A stretch of DNA of 60,271 bases from Bacilli bacterium (GTDB lineage Bacteria > Bacillota_I > Bacilli_A > RF39 > UBA660). The notes beneath the pieces are model-generated. The model made no database searches. It was not told the origin of the DNA and worked only from the letters and a program-made list of their open reading frames with translations. The position numbers and the translations under genes are program-made. Where the stretch lies: NCBI GenBank assembly GCA_022801735.1, contig JAAWSW010000001.1:1-60271 (forward strand). Reading direction: 5' to 3'. Shown here one piece after another: positions 26,211-35,379 of the stretch. The number at the start of each line of letters is the position of its first letter. Positions within the stretch are counted from its first letter, which is position 1.

Positions 26211-29200
26211 ATGTATCTCCGTATAATCCAGTTACTGAATTATAAATAATTTTACCATGTTCAATAATTCTTTTTTCTTTTTTGCCAAATGCAGACGATA
26301 ACTCATTGTTAAATTCTTTCAAATTTGCTGTTTCCCTATTAAATTTTAATAATCTTAACATCTGTACTATAATAATTTCTTTCTCATGAACAGTTAAAGT
26401 ATCTATTCTATCAATCATAAAATTATTTTTCATATTTGGAACTAAATCATTATATAGTTTATATTCACTTTCTATTTTATCCACAATATAAATTACAATT
26501 TCTGATAATTGTTTATTATAAACTTCTTCAGTAATTTTATCTGTTTCTTTGTTGTTTAAAACTCTATTCAAAGAATATTTCCACTCTTTTAAATGCTCTT
26601 TATCTATAATAAATTCTTTAGCATTACAAACTTCAACCTTATCAGTAGCACCTCTCAATGAACATATTTGGCCATTCCAATCAATAATACTATGAAATGG
26701 AATTTTATCTTTAATAATTTCTACACTTTCATTATCTTTTAAACCTAGTAAATTTTTAATATAATTTATTTTTGCACTATCATTATTTAATTTATCAATA
26801 TAAATAGGCATTCCTATCATTCTTTGAGAAGTTTTGCCTTTTTTATTAAATTTAACTATAACCCCATAACCAGGGAGTACACGACTATATCCACCATATA
26901 ATTCTGTAGATAATCCTTTTTTTAATGATGTAGTTTTAGTTCCCTTTTTAGACATATTTTGTTCATAAAATTGTCCAGTCCTAATTTCAGTTTTTTTACT
27001 AACTAAAATATCAGAATTATAAAGTGTATTAGTAATAGTATCAATAAATTTTGCATTATCAATTAAAACTTCACCAGTTTCCTTATCAAATGGAACTATT
27101 TCAGGATCTATATTATTAATAAGATATCCATATTTTTTATTGTATTTATATTTCCCACTCTGATAGATTTCGTAATTATTTTTCTTTAAAGTTTCAAAAT
27201 CAACATCCTTAAAGAAAGCATCTTTATAAACTCCTAAAACTGTCGCTAAATAAGCATCATGTGTATGGTGAAAATCATTTAAACTTCTATATTTAAATAA
27301 TTCAAATTTACTTCTAAAATCACTAGAAAAACTTGCCTTCAAATATATAACCTTTGTCTTTTTATAATAAGTATTTAAAATGTTAGCAATATGTTTAGTA
27401 ATTTGTCTAGTTTCTACAATTTGTCTGTTGATAAAACCATTTATATCTGCATCACTATATTTATATCTTTTTAAATTATTAATTTTTTTATCAGAAAGCA
27501 ATCCTTTTTTCTTAAGGTTTTCCCACCATACAATATTAGATTTACTTCTAAATTGTTCAGGTAATACAAAACTAGACGCTTTTGCTTGATTTTCTTCTCT
27601 AAGAACTAATGCTTTGTTATCAATAGAATCATCTTTAATTAATGTTCTAGGAATTATATGATCAACCTCATAATTATCCAAATTATCTATATTTAATGGT
27701 CTACCAGAATATAAACTTTTTCCCTCTTGAAGGAAATATAAATAAAGTTTCTCTTTACTAAGTTCCTTTTCTTCTTTACCATTCAATTCCTTAAATAATT
27801 GATTATAATTATCAATACTATTTTTGGCTTTTTTATAGGTTTCCACTAATTTATTTTTCCTACTTTGAGTTCTTTGTTTCTTACCGTCTTCACGGGCCAT
27901 CTCTAAAATAATATTATATGGTTCATAACCTATATAATTTACAATTTCTCTAACAATTTTTAAAGACTGATAAATCCCTCTCTTAACAGCAGGTGAAGTT
28001 GCTAAATCAGCAACTACAGAATAATCTAATTTAGTAATATTCTCTATCACATTAAATTTATCTATCATTTTTTGAAAATTATATTTTTTATCATTAATTA
28101 TTTGCATAAAATTTAACTTAGTTTCAATCATTAAATCCATTATTGATTTTTTTGTACCTTCATTTTTATCTTCATAATACTTAGTTTCAAGTAATTTTCG
28201 AGACAATTGACTCCAACCTTTATATTTCTTAGATAGAATTTTTCTAATTTTTGAATCAGACAATTCACAATATTTTTGTACAACCTTTCTTTCAAGAATA
28301 CTTTTATCCTCAAAAATAGTTATCCATTCAATAATTTCCTCTGCATCATTAATATCATAATTTGTATTTTCAAAAATGCCATCTGGACCAAAAAAATCTA
28401 TATATGGTTGCATATTGTTAGCAAATTTATTTAAAGCAGAATAACCTGTAATATTAAAATCATTATACATAGAAAACTCATCTAATGTTTTTAAATAATC
28501 AACAAATACATTATTGGTAATATTACCATTCTGTTTTAAAAACAATTCATTATAAACCTTTCCAATCATATCTGATGTTAATTTTTCATTATTAACTTTG
28601 ATTTGTTTTAATTCATTATAAACTTTAAATTTAGAATATAATATAGAATTGTTTGGTATAGATGGTTCATTAAGAATGTATGTACAATTAGATATCATTC
28701 TTTTAATAAACTTTTCTGCAGACGCATCTAAATCGACTACTTCTTCAAAGTTATATGGAGTAATCTTAACATTATCCACTTTTCTTTGAACCCATGAATT
28801 CTGATTATTTTGTCCCTTTATATTTGTAGTATTATTTAAAGGGCCTACAAAATAAGGTATTTTAAATGATAAAATTTTTTCAATTTTATACACACCATTT
28901 ACTTTATCAAGCAAAAATGGATAATACTTCCCTTGATTTTCTATAATTGTTTTAAGTTCTTTTTTATTAAGTTGATATGGATATTTTCCATTATCAGAAT
29001 CTGTAATTCTTGGCATAAATTGCTCATTTTCCATTTCAGCCAATTTAATATCTTGGTATAAAGAAATAAGTTTTTGATCATTAATATCACGCAAACATAT
29101 CTCAATACTCTTTTTAACAGCATTGATAAAATCTTTATAGCTCATATCATTATGTACATATTTATCATATACACATTTAGTTTTACCAATTGTTCTTAAA

Positions 29201-30240
29201 ATTTTATTATATTCTTTCCTATTTTTACACAATATACTTTTCAAAAATTTTAAATCTTCTTTATGCTTTTCAAATTTTGAAACCATAAGATCTGAAATGT
29301 TTGTATGGTCTGCTCCTTTAAATAATGACTTCAAAAAAACCATATCATAAACTTCTTTAAATAAGTTTATAACTTCCATATTAGTACTTATTATTTTTTC
29401 TATTTCATCTAATTTACCATCATAATCAGTCCCTTTAAAACTAATAGATAATTTAGAATCATATTCTATTCCAAATAATTTCACTAAATCTGATTTATTA
29501 CCAATCATTAATTTGGTAAATTCGTTGATAAAATTTTTATTTTCAAAAGTTTTCAAACATTCTTTAATTAATCGTTCTCTATCCTTTTTAGACTCAGCAA
29601 GTAAAGCCTTTTCCAATTCTTTATAATCGATATTACCTATATGTTCTTCATCAAAACCTAAAGAATCATTAATTTTAACCAAAGTTTCAAACGATTGATG
29701 TAATTTATCTATTATATCCAAATTATCTACATCAAAATTATCATTAGAATATAAAAAATTACCTCTATACTTAATAATATGATGTAAAGCCAAATAAACA
29801 AGTCTTACATCCTCTTTTTGTGGATTATTTACAAGCCTACTACGCAAATGATAAATTGTTGGATATTTATCATGAAAGTTTTTTATCATATTTTTTTCAG
29901 CAACTGACATATGGATTGTTTTGTTTTCTAAATCATCTTCTCTATAAAATGATTCTTTAAGTTTTTTGAAAAAATTAACATCATTTTTTTGGATTTCATC
30001 GCAAAAAATTTCTTGCAATAATTTAATACGTTCTCTTCGTCTATCATATCTACGTCTAGTACTTCTATAAAGTCTTCTTTCTGCTGCACTTTGAGCCTCA
30101 TCAAATAATCTAACACCCCATAATTTTTTATTACCTTTACGCATAACTTTAAAATTATCATTATTAATAACTGCCCATCCAACAGATGATGTCCCTATAT
30201 CTAAACCAATACTATATTTCTTTCTATTATCTACTGTCAT
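26200..30240 (-). CDS. cas9: Cas9 (type II-A, 1346 aa), with catalytic motifs intact
   Basis: 'YSIGLDIGTSSVGWAVI' is RuvC-I. 'YEVDHIIPRTLIKDDSIDNKALV' is HNH. 'NDFHHTHDAYL' is RuvC-III. SD is GGAGGAG. There are no internal stops. Confidence 0.97.
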   Translation of the reverse strand: MTVDNRKKYSIGLDIGTSSVGWAVINNDNFKVMRKGNKKLWGVRLFDEAQSAAERRLYRSTRRRYDRRRERIKLLQEIFCDEIQKNDVNFFKKLKESFYREDDLENKTIHMSVAEKNMIKNFHDKYPTIYHLRSRLVNNPQKEDVRLVYLALHHIIKYRGNFLYSNDNFDVDNLDIIDKLHQSFETLVKINDSLGFDEEHIGNIDYKELEKALLAESKKDRERLIKECLKTFENKNFINEFTKLMIGNKSDLVKLFGIEYDSKLSISFKGTDYDGKLDEIEKIISTNMEVINLFKEVYDMVFLKSLFKGADHTNISDLMVSKFEKHKEDLKFLKSILCKNRKEYNKILRTIGKTKCVYDKYVHNDMSYKDFINAVKKSIEICLRDINDQKLISLYQDIKLAEMENEQFMPRITDSDNGKYPYQLNKKELKTIIENQGKYYPFLLDKVNGVYKIEKILSFKIPYFVGPLNNTTNIKGQNNQNSWVQRKVDNVKITPYNFEEVVDLDASAEKFIKRMISNCTYILNEPSIPNNSILYSKFKVYNELKQIKVNNEKLTSDMIGKVYNELFLKQNGNITNNVFVDYLKTLDEFSMYNDFNITGYSALNKFANNMQPYIDFFGPDGIFENTNYDINDAEEIIEWITIFEDKSILERKVVQKYCELSDSKIRKILSKKYKGWSQLSRKLLETKYYEDKNEGTKKSIMDLMIETKLNFMQIINDKKYNFQKMIDKFNVIENITKLDYSVVADLATSPAVKRGIYQSLKIVREIVNYIGYEPYNIILEMAREDGKKQRTQSRKNKLVETYKKAKNSIDNYNQLFKELNGKEEKELSKEKLYLYFLQEGKSLYSGRPLNIDNLDNYEVDHIIPRTLIKDDSIDNKALVLREENQAKASSFVLPEQFRSKSNIVWWENLKKKGLLSDKKINNLKRYKYSDADINGFINRQIVETRQITKHIANILNTYYKKTKVIYLKASFSSDFRSKFELFKYRSLNDFHHTHDAYLATVLGVYKDAFFKDVDFETLKKNNYEIYQSGKYKYNKKYGYLINNIDPEIVPFDKETGEVLIDNAKFIDTITNTLYNSDILVSKKTEIRTGQFYEQNMSKKGTKTTSLKKGLSTELYGGYSRVLPGYGVIVKFNKKGKTSQRMIGMPIYIDKLNNDSAKINYIKNLLGLKDNESVEIIKDKIPFHSIIDWNGQICSLRGATDKVEVCNAKEFIIDKEHLKEWKYSLNRVLNNKETDKITEEVYNKQLSEIVIYIVDKIESEYKLYNDLVPNMKNNFMIDRIDTLTVHEKEIIIVQMLRLLKFNRETANLKEFNNELSSAFGKKEKRIIEHGKIIYNSVTGLYGDTYEF

Positions 30241-30258
30241 AAAACACTCCTCCTACTA

Positions 30259-30287
30259 TTGACATATATAATTTCATATGATATCAT
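30259..30287 (+). promoter_or_regulatory. Near-consensus sigma-A promoter of the tracrRNA
   Basis: TTGACA (30259-30264), a 17-nt spacer, then TGaTATCAT, an extended -10 whose hexamer is at 30282-30287. The palindrome ATGATATCAT at 30278-30287 reads the same on both strands. Confidence 0.55.
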
Positions 30288-30293
30288 TAAATT

Positions 30294-30388
30294 GTCTTAA
30301 TACCATTTAAGATGACATAGTGAGTTAAAATAAAGGTTTTACCCTAAATACTTATCTAAATAAGTTGCTGCGTTGTGCAGTTTTTTTT
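30294..30388 (+). ncRNA. tracrRNA: tracrRNA (about 95 nt), divergent from cas9
   Basis: The anti-repeat at 30297-30331 (TTAATACCATTTAAGATGACATAGTGAGTTAAAAT) is complementary to the CRISPR repeat (24 consecutive pairs including one G-U) with the S. pyogenes-like bulge. It is followed by nexus-like TAAAATAAAGG, the hairpin ACTTAT-CTAA-ATAAGT, and the terminator CTGC-GTTGT-GCAG plus T8. Confidence 0.8.
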
Positions 30389-30476
30389 ATTTAAACATGT
30401 CATCTTAGTTATAATACATATATAATTATAATAAAAATGTTTTTCAGTCGACGTTTTCATGTCCCACTTCTACTTC

Positions 30477-30516
30477 AAAAAAAGACAGCATTAACCCTAT
30501 AAGAGATTAATACTGC
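30477..30516 (-). terminator. Strand-specific intrinsic terminator between tRNA-His and the cas9 upstream region
   Basis: The minus-strand RNA forms GCAGUAUUAA-12 nt loop-UUAAUGCUGU, a 10-bp stem including 2 G-U pairs that form only on this strand. C plus U7 follows. Confidence 0.5.
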
Positions 30517-30585
30517 TCATCTCATTACAAGTATACCATATTTTGACATTTTTTACATCAATTTCAAAATCATTTAAATAATTGT

Positions 30586-30622
30586 TTCAAAATAAAAACG
30601 AACTATATTCCATAGTTCGTTT
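30586..30622 (-). terminator. Intrinsic terminator of tRNA-His
   Basis: AAACGAACTAT-loop-ATAGTTCGTTT is an 11-bp stem, followed on the minus strand by TTTTATTTT. Confidence 0.65.
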
Positions 30623-30634
30623 TAATGTTATAAA

Positions 30635-30711
30635 TGGGGCGCTGTGTGGGAATCGAACCCACGCATGGTGGAACCACAATCCACTGTGTTAACCACTTCA
30701 CCAACAACGCC
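30635..30711 (-). tRNA. trnH: tRNA-His (GUG) with encoded G-1 and CCA
   Basis: The reverse complement is GGCGTTGTTGGTGAAGTGGTTAACACAGTGGATTGTGGTTCCACCATGCGTGGGTTCGATTCCCACACAGCGCCCCA. The anticodon loop TTGTGGT gives GTG. The 7-bp acceptor stem has an extra G-1:C73, the His identity element, and a TPsiC arm GGTTCGATTCC. A promoter TTGTCA-17-TAAAAT lies at 30726-30754. Confidence 0.9.
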
Positions 30712-30804
30712 ATATAACAGATAATATTTTATCAGGTATTTTCACTTTTGACAAGCCTTTTTTATTATAAATTCCCAGATAACCGTAAAATTTAGTTAAT
30801 AACC

Positions 30805-30812
30805 CATACACT
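30805..30812 (+). promoter_or_regulatory. Possible sigma-E type -10 element (CATACACT) upstream of cotJ
   Basis: It matches the CATACA-T -10 consensus of mother-cell sigma-E promoters, and B. subtilis cotJ is sigma-E dependent. The -35 match is weak. Confidence 0.3.
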
Positions 30813-30855
30813 TATAACACAATTTCATACCCTAATCACAGAGGAGGGGTAATTA

Positions 30856-31422
30856 ATGAACGACTATTCTAACATGAATAATTATATGCCAGATGATTTT
30901 GAATATTTAAATAGACTATATAATTTTGGCATGCCAAATATGATGCCAAATAACGGGATGATGCAAATGCAAAATCCAAATATGGGGGAAAACATTCAAT
31001 TAAAGCAAAAATTAGCAAAACAAGCAGGCGATAACATGAACTTCAATAAAGGAAATTATAATCAACAAATAAATCCTAACGAAGTTTATGACATTTATGG
31101 TGGATTTATTCGTGGAAATATGTTCCCAGATTTATATAACCAATATAAAAATAATAAACCATTTGAAATCGAGCCAATGAATGAACAAGCAGAATTATTA
31201 ACATATCTTGATGCTTATAGTTTTGCTGCTCATGATTTAAATCTATATTTAGATAATAATCCAAACGATAGAGATATGATTAATCTTTTCAAAGAATACG
31301 CAACCAAAGCAAATCAAATTCAAAAAGAATATGAACAAAAATATGGACCACTATTTGTGGATGCCAGCACTACATATCCATGGGCATGGAATGATTCACC
31401 ATGGCCTTGGGAAAATAAATAA
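30856..31422 (+). CDS. cotJB: CotJA-CotJB fusion spore-coat protein with M/N/P-rich N-terminal low-complexity region
   Basis: The C-terminal half 'NEQAELLTYLDAYSFAAHDLNLYLDNNPNDRDMINLFKEY...KYGPLFVDASTTYPWAWNDSPWPWE' is CotJB-like. The preceding 'GGFIRGNMFPDLYNQYK' resembles the CotJA core. The gene lies directly upstream of cotJC. Confidence 0.7.
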   Translation: MNDYSNMNNYMPDDFEYLNRLYNFGMPNMMPNNGMMQMQNPNMGENIQLKQKLAKQAGDNMNFNKGNYNQQINPNEVYDIYGGFIRGNMFPDLYNQYKNNKPFEIEPMNEQAELLTYLDAYSFAAHDLNLYLDNNPNDRDMINLFKEYATKANQIQKEYEQKYGPLFVDASTTYPWAWNDSPWPWENK

Positions 31423-31436
31423 AGGAGGAAAAAATA

Positions 31437-32018
31437 ATGTGGAAATATGAAAAAAAACTTCAATATCCTGTAAACATTAAAAAGAAAGACCCAAAACTAG
31501 CAAAATATATTGTCACACAATATGGTGGTCCTGCAGGAGAACTTGCCGCTGCTTGGCAATATTTAGATCAAAGATACAATATGCCAGATGATAGAGGAAA
31601 GGCATTACTTACAGACATTGGAACTGAAGAATTAGCCCACGTTGAAATTATTTCAACAATGCTATATCAATTAACCAAAGATGCCACTCCAGAAGAAATG
31701 AAAGCGGCAGGCTTTGGTGAACAATACGCACAGTTTGGTAATGACCTATTCCCATCAGACTCATTTGGAAATCCATTTACAATGGCATACATAAAAGTAT
31801 CTGGAGATTATATCGCCGATATCGAAAGTAACATGGGAGCAGAACAAAGAGCACGTGCAACATATGAACACTTAATGGATTTAACAAACGATCCAGACGT
31901 TCTCGCACCACTTGCATTCTTAAGAGAACGAGAAATTGTTCACTATCAAAGATTTAAAGAACTACGCAATTACTATTTAAAAAACAAAATAGAAGTTGAA
32001 AAAAATAATACTCGATAA
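31437..32018 (+). CDS. cotJC: CotJC (manganese-catalase-family spore coat protein)
   Basis: 'MWKYEKKLQYPVNIKKKDPKLAKYIVTQYGGPAGELAAAWQYLDQRY' and 'GTEELAHVEIISTMLYQL' are characteristic of CotJC. Confidence 0.9.
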   Translation: MWKYEKKLQYPVNIKKKDPKLAKYIVTQYGGPAGELAAAWQYLDQRYNMPDDRGKALLTDIGTEELAHVEIISTMLYQLTKDATPEEMKAAGFGEQYAQFGNDLFPSDSFGNPFTMAYIKVSGDYIADIESNMGAEQRARATYEHLMDLTNDPDVLAPLAFLREREIVHYQRFKELRNYYLKNKIEVEKNNTR

Positions 32019-32063
32019 GGGTATTTTTTTTAATACTTTAAGCATACTAAAAATGGTGATAAC

Positions 32064-32738
32064 ATGAAAAAAATACTACTAATTATAATAATTTTTACGC
32101 TAACTGGCTGCACCTCAGAAATAAAATTAGATGGAAAAATAACAGAAATCAAGTATAATGATACAAAAATTTTAAAAAACGATTACAACGAGATAAAAAA
32201 AATGTTAAATATAAAATTTAAAAACGGAAATGAACAAACCCCAAATAACCTTACTATTAAAACAACAAAAGATATATATTATTTTAAAATATCTGACACC
32301 CATTTGCAATACAACAATAAATATGCCAAAAACAATAAACTAAATAAATATTTAAACGAATTAAAAAGCAAATATTACAATACAAAATTTTATGATATAA
32401 AATACGAAAAAATTTTTGATAAAGATAAAAATAATATAAATATAAACCTAGATAAAACGTCAAACTACATAATAATTACATTCAAAGATACTATTAAAGA
32501 CTTTAAAATAAATGAAATAGAATATAAAAACAAAAAATATAAAGATATCGATTTATTATATGAAAAAGATATTATAGATGGGCAAACTGTTATAATTAGA
32601 AAAAGTATTAATATAAATAAACCGGATATTAGAATATCATTCAGTAATCAATATAACTATAATGTTTCAATAATTCCAGCATACAAAGATGAAGAAATAA
32701 AATTTGAAAAAACTTACCAAATGAAAAACTCCGATTAA
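32064..32738 (+). CDS. Lipoprotein, unknown function
   Basis: 'MKKILLIIIIFTLTGCTSE' carries the lipobox LTGC. The protein is K/N/Y-rich. The terminator CCGATT/AATCGG follows. Confidence 0.6.
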   Translation: MKKILLIIIIFTLTGCTSEIKLDGKITEIKYNDTKILKNDYNEIKKMLNIKFKNGNEQTPNNLTIKTTKDIYYFKISDTHLQYNNKYAKNNKLNKYLNELKSKYYNTKFYDIKYEKIFDKDKNNININLDKTSNYIIITFKDTIKDFKINEIEYKNKKYKDIDLLYEKDIIDGQTVIIRKSININKPDIRISFSNQYNYNVSIIPAYKDEEIKFEKTYQMKNSD

Positions 32739-32754
32739 AAAATCGGGGTTTTAA

Positions 32755-32931
32755 TTATCTTCTATAATTGTTGTATCCAGTCTTTTCTGCCTTTTTCTTA
32801 TCACGGCAAGCCTTACATCTTACAGGCTTATTATCAAAGCCTTTTTCTTTATAAAACTCTTGTTCCCTAATAGTAAAAATAAACTTTTCACCACAATCTT
32901 TACATGTGATTTCAATATCTTTCTTTTCCAT
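32755..32931 (-). CDS. Unannotated 58-aa zinc-ribbon protein
   Basis: My translation is MEKKDIEITCKDCGEKFIFTIREQEFYKEKGFDNKPVRCKACRDKKKAEKTGYNNYRR*. The CxxC...CxxC pattern with 'EQEFY..KGF' is typical of a widespread small zinc-ribbon family. SD is GGAAGGAG. Confidence 0.6.
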   Translation of the reverse strand: MEKKDIEITCKDCGEKFIFTIREQEFYKEKGFDNKPVRCKACRDKKKAEKTGYNNYRR

Positions 32932-33074
32932 AAATGACTCCTTCCTTTAAATTTGATTTAGAAATACTCGTTTCTTCATAAAAAGGAAGTGACAAAATAA
33001 TTTTAAACCATTACTAATATAACACAACTAAAACAAATATGCAAACAAATAAAAAAGTTTCTTATCGAAACCTT

Positions 33075-34889
33075 TTAATTATTTTTCTTTAAATCAAACT
33101 TTTTACGATCATTAGTATTTAAGATTTTCTTACGTAAACGATAAGTAACTGGAGTAACCTCAACTAATTCATCATCGTTAATATAGTCTAAACAAACCTC
33201 TAAACTCATTTCACGAGGACGTTTAAGAACCACAGTATGGTCTTTGCCGGCAGAACGTGTATTAGTTAAGTTCTTACTCTTAACAACATTAACTGCTAAA
33301 TCCTTATCTTGATTACCTTCACCAACAATCATACCTTCGTATACTTCAGCACCAGGTTCAATGAACATAATACCACGGTCCTCTAAAGACCCTAAAGCAT
33401 ACGCTGTAGCCTTACCATTTTCCATAGAAACTAAAACACCAAGTTTTCTTTGACCAACAGCATTAGACGCCATAGGTGCATATTCTTTAAACGTATGATT
33501 AATAATACCATAACCTTTAGTAAGTGTCATAAAATCAGTCATAAAACCAATTAACCCACGAGAAGGAATAGTATAATTAAGCCTAACTTGACTCTCACGG
33601 TTTTCCATATTTTCCATATTACCACCACGAGTTCCAAGCATTTCAATTACATTTCCTACATACTCTTCAGGTACATCAATTTGAACATCTTCATAAGGTT
33701 CACAAACTATACCATCAATTTCCTTAGTAATAATTTGGGGTTTAGAAACTTGCATTTCATAACCTTCACGACGCATATTTTCAATTAAAATAGATAAATG
33801 TAACTCACCACGACCAGATACCATCCAAGATTCAGAATCAACTTGTTTAACTTTTAAAGACACATCCCTTTCAGTTTCCTTCATAAGACGTTCTTCAATC
33901 TTTCTAGCCGTAACAAATTTACCCTCTTTACCACTAAATGGACTTCCATTAACACCAAAAGTCATTTGTAAAGTAGGTTCATCAATACGTAAATGTGGTA
34001 GCGCATCTTCCTTACCAACTTCACAAACAGTTTCACCAACAGAAATATCTGGTAAACCCGCAATTGCGACAATATCACCAGCATGAGCCTCTTCTAACTC
34101 AATTTTATTAAGACCCAAATAACCAAATATCTTTTGAATTCTAAATTGCTTAACACTTCCATCAAGACGAACACATGATACTGTACTATTTAACTTCATA
34201 GTTCCTCTTTTAATAAGTCCAATTCCCATTCTTCCAACAAAATCGTTATAATCAAGTAATGCTGGTTGGAATTGCAACGAACCTTCCTCACTAACCTTAG
34301 GTTCAGGAATATGTTCAATAACTGCATCTAAGATAGGATCCATAGTTTCCTTTTGAGTACTAACATCAGGATCCAAACTAGAAGTTCCAGCAAGTCCTGA
34401 AGCATAAATAACAGGGAATTCTAATTGTTCGATACTAGCATCAAGTTCGATAAATAAATCTAAAACCTCATCCACAACTTCCTTAGGACGAGCAGAATCT
34501 TTATCAACCTTGTTAACTACAACAATAGGTGTAACCCCTGCCTCTAAAGCCTTTTTAAGAACAAAACGAGTTTGAGGCATAGTACCTTCATAAGCATCAA
34601 CTACAAGTAAAACACCATCAACCATATTCATGATTCTTTCAACCTCACCACCAAAATCAGCATGGCCTGGAGTATCTAAAATATTAATACGACATCCTTT
34701 ATAATTAATGGCAGTAGTCTTAGCCAAAATAGTAATTCCACGTTCTCTTTCAATAGCATTAGAATCCATTACACAATTTACAACTTCTTCATTATCTCTA
34801 AAAGTTCCTGACATTTGTAATAATTTATCAACCAAAGTAGTTTTACCATGGTCAACGTGAGCAATAATTGCAATATTTCTTTTATTCAT
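33075..34889 (-). CDS. typA: Translational GTPase TypA/BipA
   Basis: '[20 protein letters not shown]', '[14 protein letters not shown]' and 'NKVDK'. Length is 604 aa. Confidence 0.93.
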   Translation of the reverse strand: MNKRNIAIIAHVDHGKTTLVDKLLQMSGTFRDNEEVVNCVMDSNAIERERGITILAKTTAINYKGCRINILDTPGHADFGGEVERIMNMVDGVLLVVDAYEGTMPQTRFVLKKALEAGVTPIVVVNKVDKDSARPKEVVDEVLDLFIELDASIEQLEFPVIYASGLAGTSSLDPDVSTQKETMDPILDAVIEHIPEPKVSEEGSLQFQPALLDYNDFVGRMGIGLIKRGTMKLNSTVSCVRLDGSVKQFRIQKIFGYLGLNKIELEEAHAGDIVAIAGLPDISVGETVCEVGKEDALPHLRIDEPTLQMTFGVNGSPFSGKEGKFVTARKIEERLMKETERDVSLKVKQVDSESWMVSGRGELHLSILIENMRREGYEMQVSKPQIITKEIDGIVCEPYEDVQIDVPEEYVGNVIEMLGTRGGNMENMENRESQVRLNYTIPSRGLIGFMTDFMTLTKGYGIINHTFKEYAPMASNAVGQRKLGVLVSMENGKATAYALGSLEDRGIMFIEPGAEVYEGMIVGEGNQDKDLAVNVVKSKNLTNTRSAGKDHTVVLKRPREMSLEVCLDYINDDELVEVTPVTYRLRKKILNTNDRKKFDLKKNN

Positions 34890-34986
34890 AAAAAAAACAC
34901 TCCCTTTAAAAAACTAAAAATAATTATAGCACTTATCATTTAAAAAGTAAATAAAAAAGGCCAAATAATAAGCCTTTATATTCAAA

Positions 34987-35337
34987 CTAGATGCTAAGTA
35001 ATTTCTTCTCATTAGAATAACCTACAAACCCTAATATGATAAGAGGAATTGTGAACATAAAATATAATGGGAATAAAACTAAACCAACACAATATAAAAT
35101 TGCACCTACTAAAGCTCCCCAGGTTTTCTTTAATCCAAAGCCAAGCCAACTAAATATAGCCCCTAATGCCATAACCATCATATGTGGTATAACAAGAGCA
35201 GTTGCAATTGCTCCACCTATTGCTTCAATATCATCTTCGCTTGCAGTAGCCCCAGCAAAATAAGTAATTAAATAAATAATATATAACGTTACTAAAATTG
35301 CACATACAAACAAAACTTTACTTCTTTTTTCAAACAT
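34987..35337 (-). CDS. Small polytopic membrane protein (hypothetical)
   Basis: 116 aa with 3-4 hydrophobic helices. Confidence 0.5.
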   Translation of the reverse strand: MFEKRSKVLFVCAILVTLYIIYLITYFAGATASEDDIEAIGGAIATALVIPHMMVMALGAIFSWLGFGLKKTWGALVGAILYCVGLVLFPLYFMFTIPLIILGFVGYSNEKKLLSI

Positions 35338-35379
35338 AATATAACCTCCTATAATCGCTTTTTAATAGCATCTAATTAA

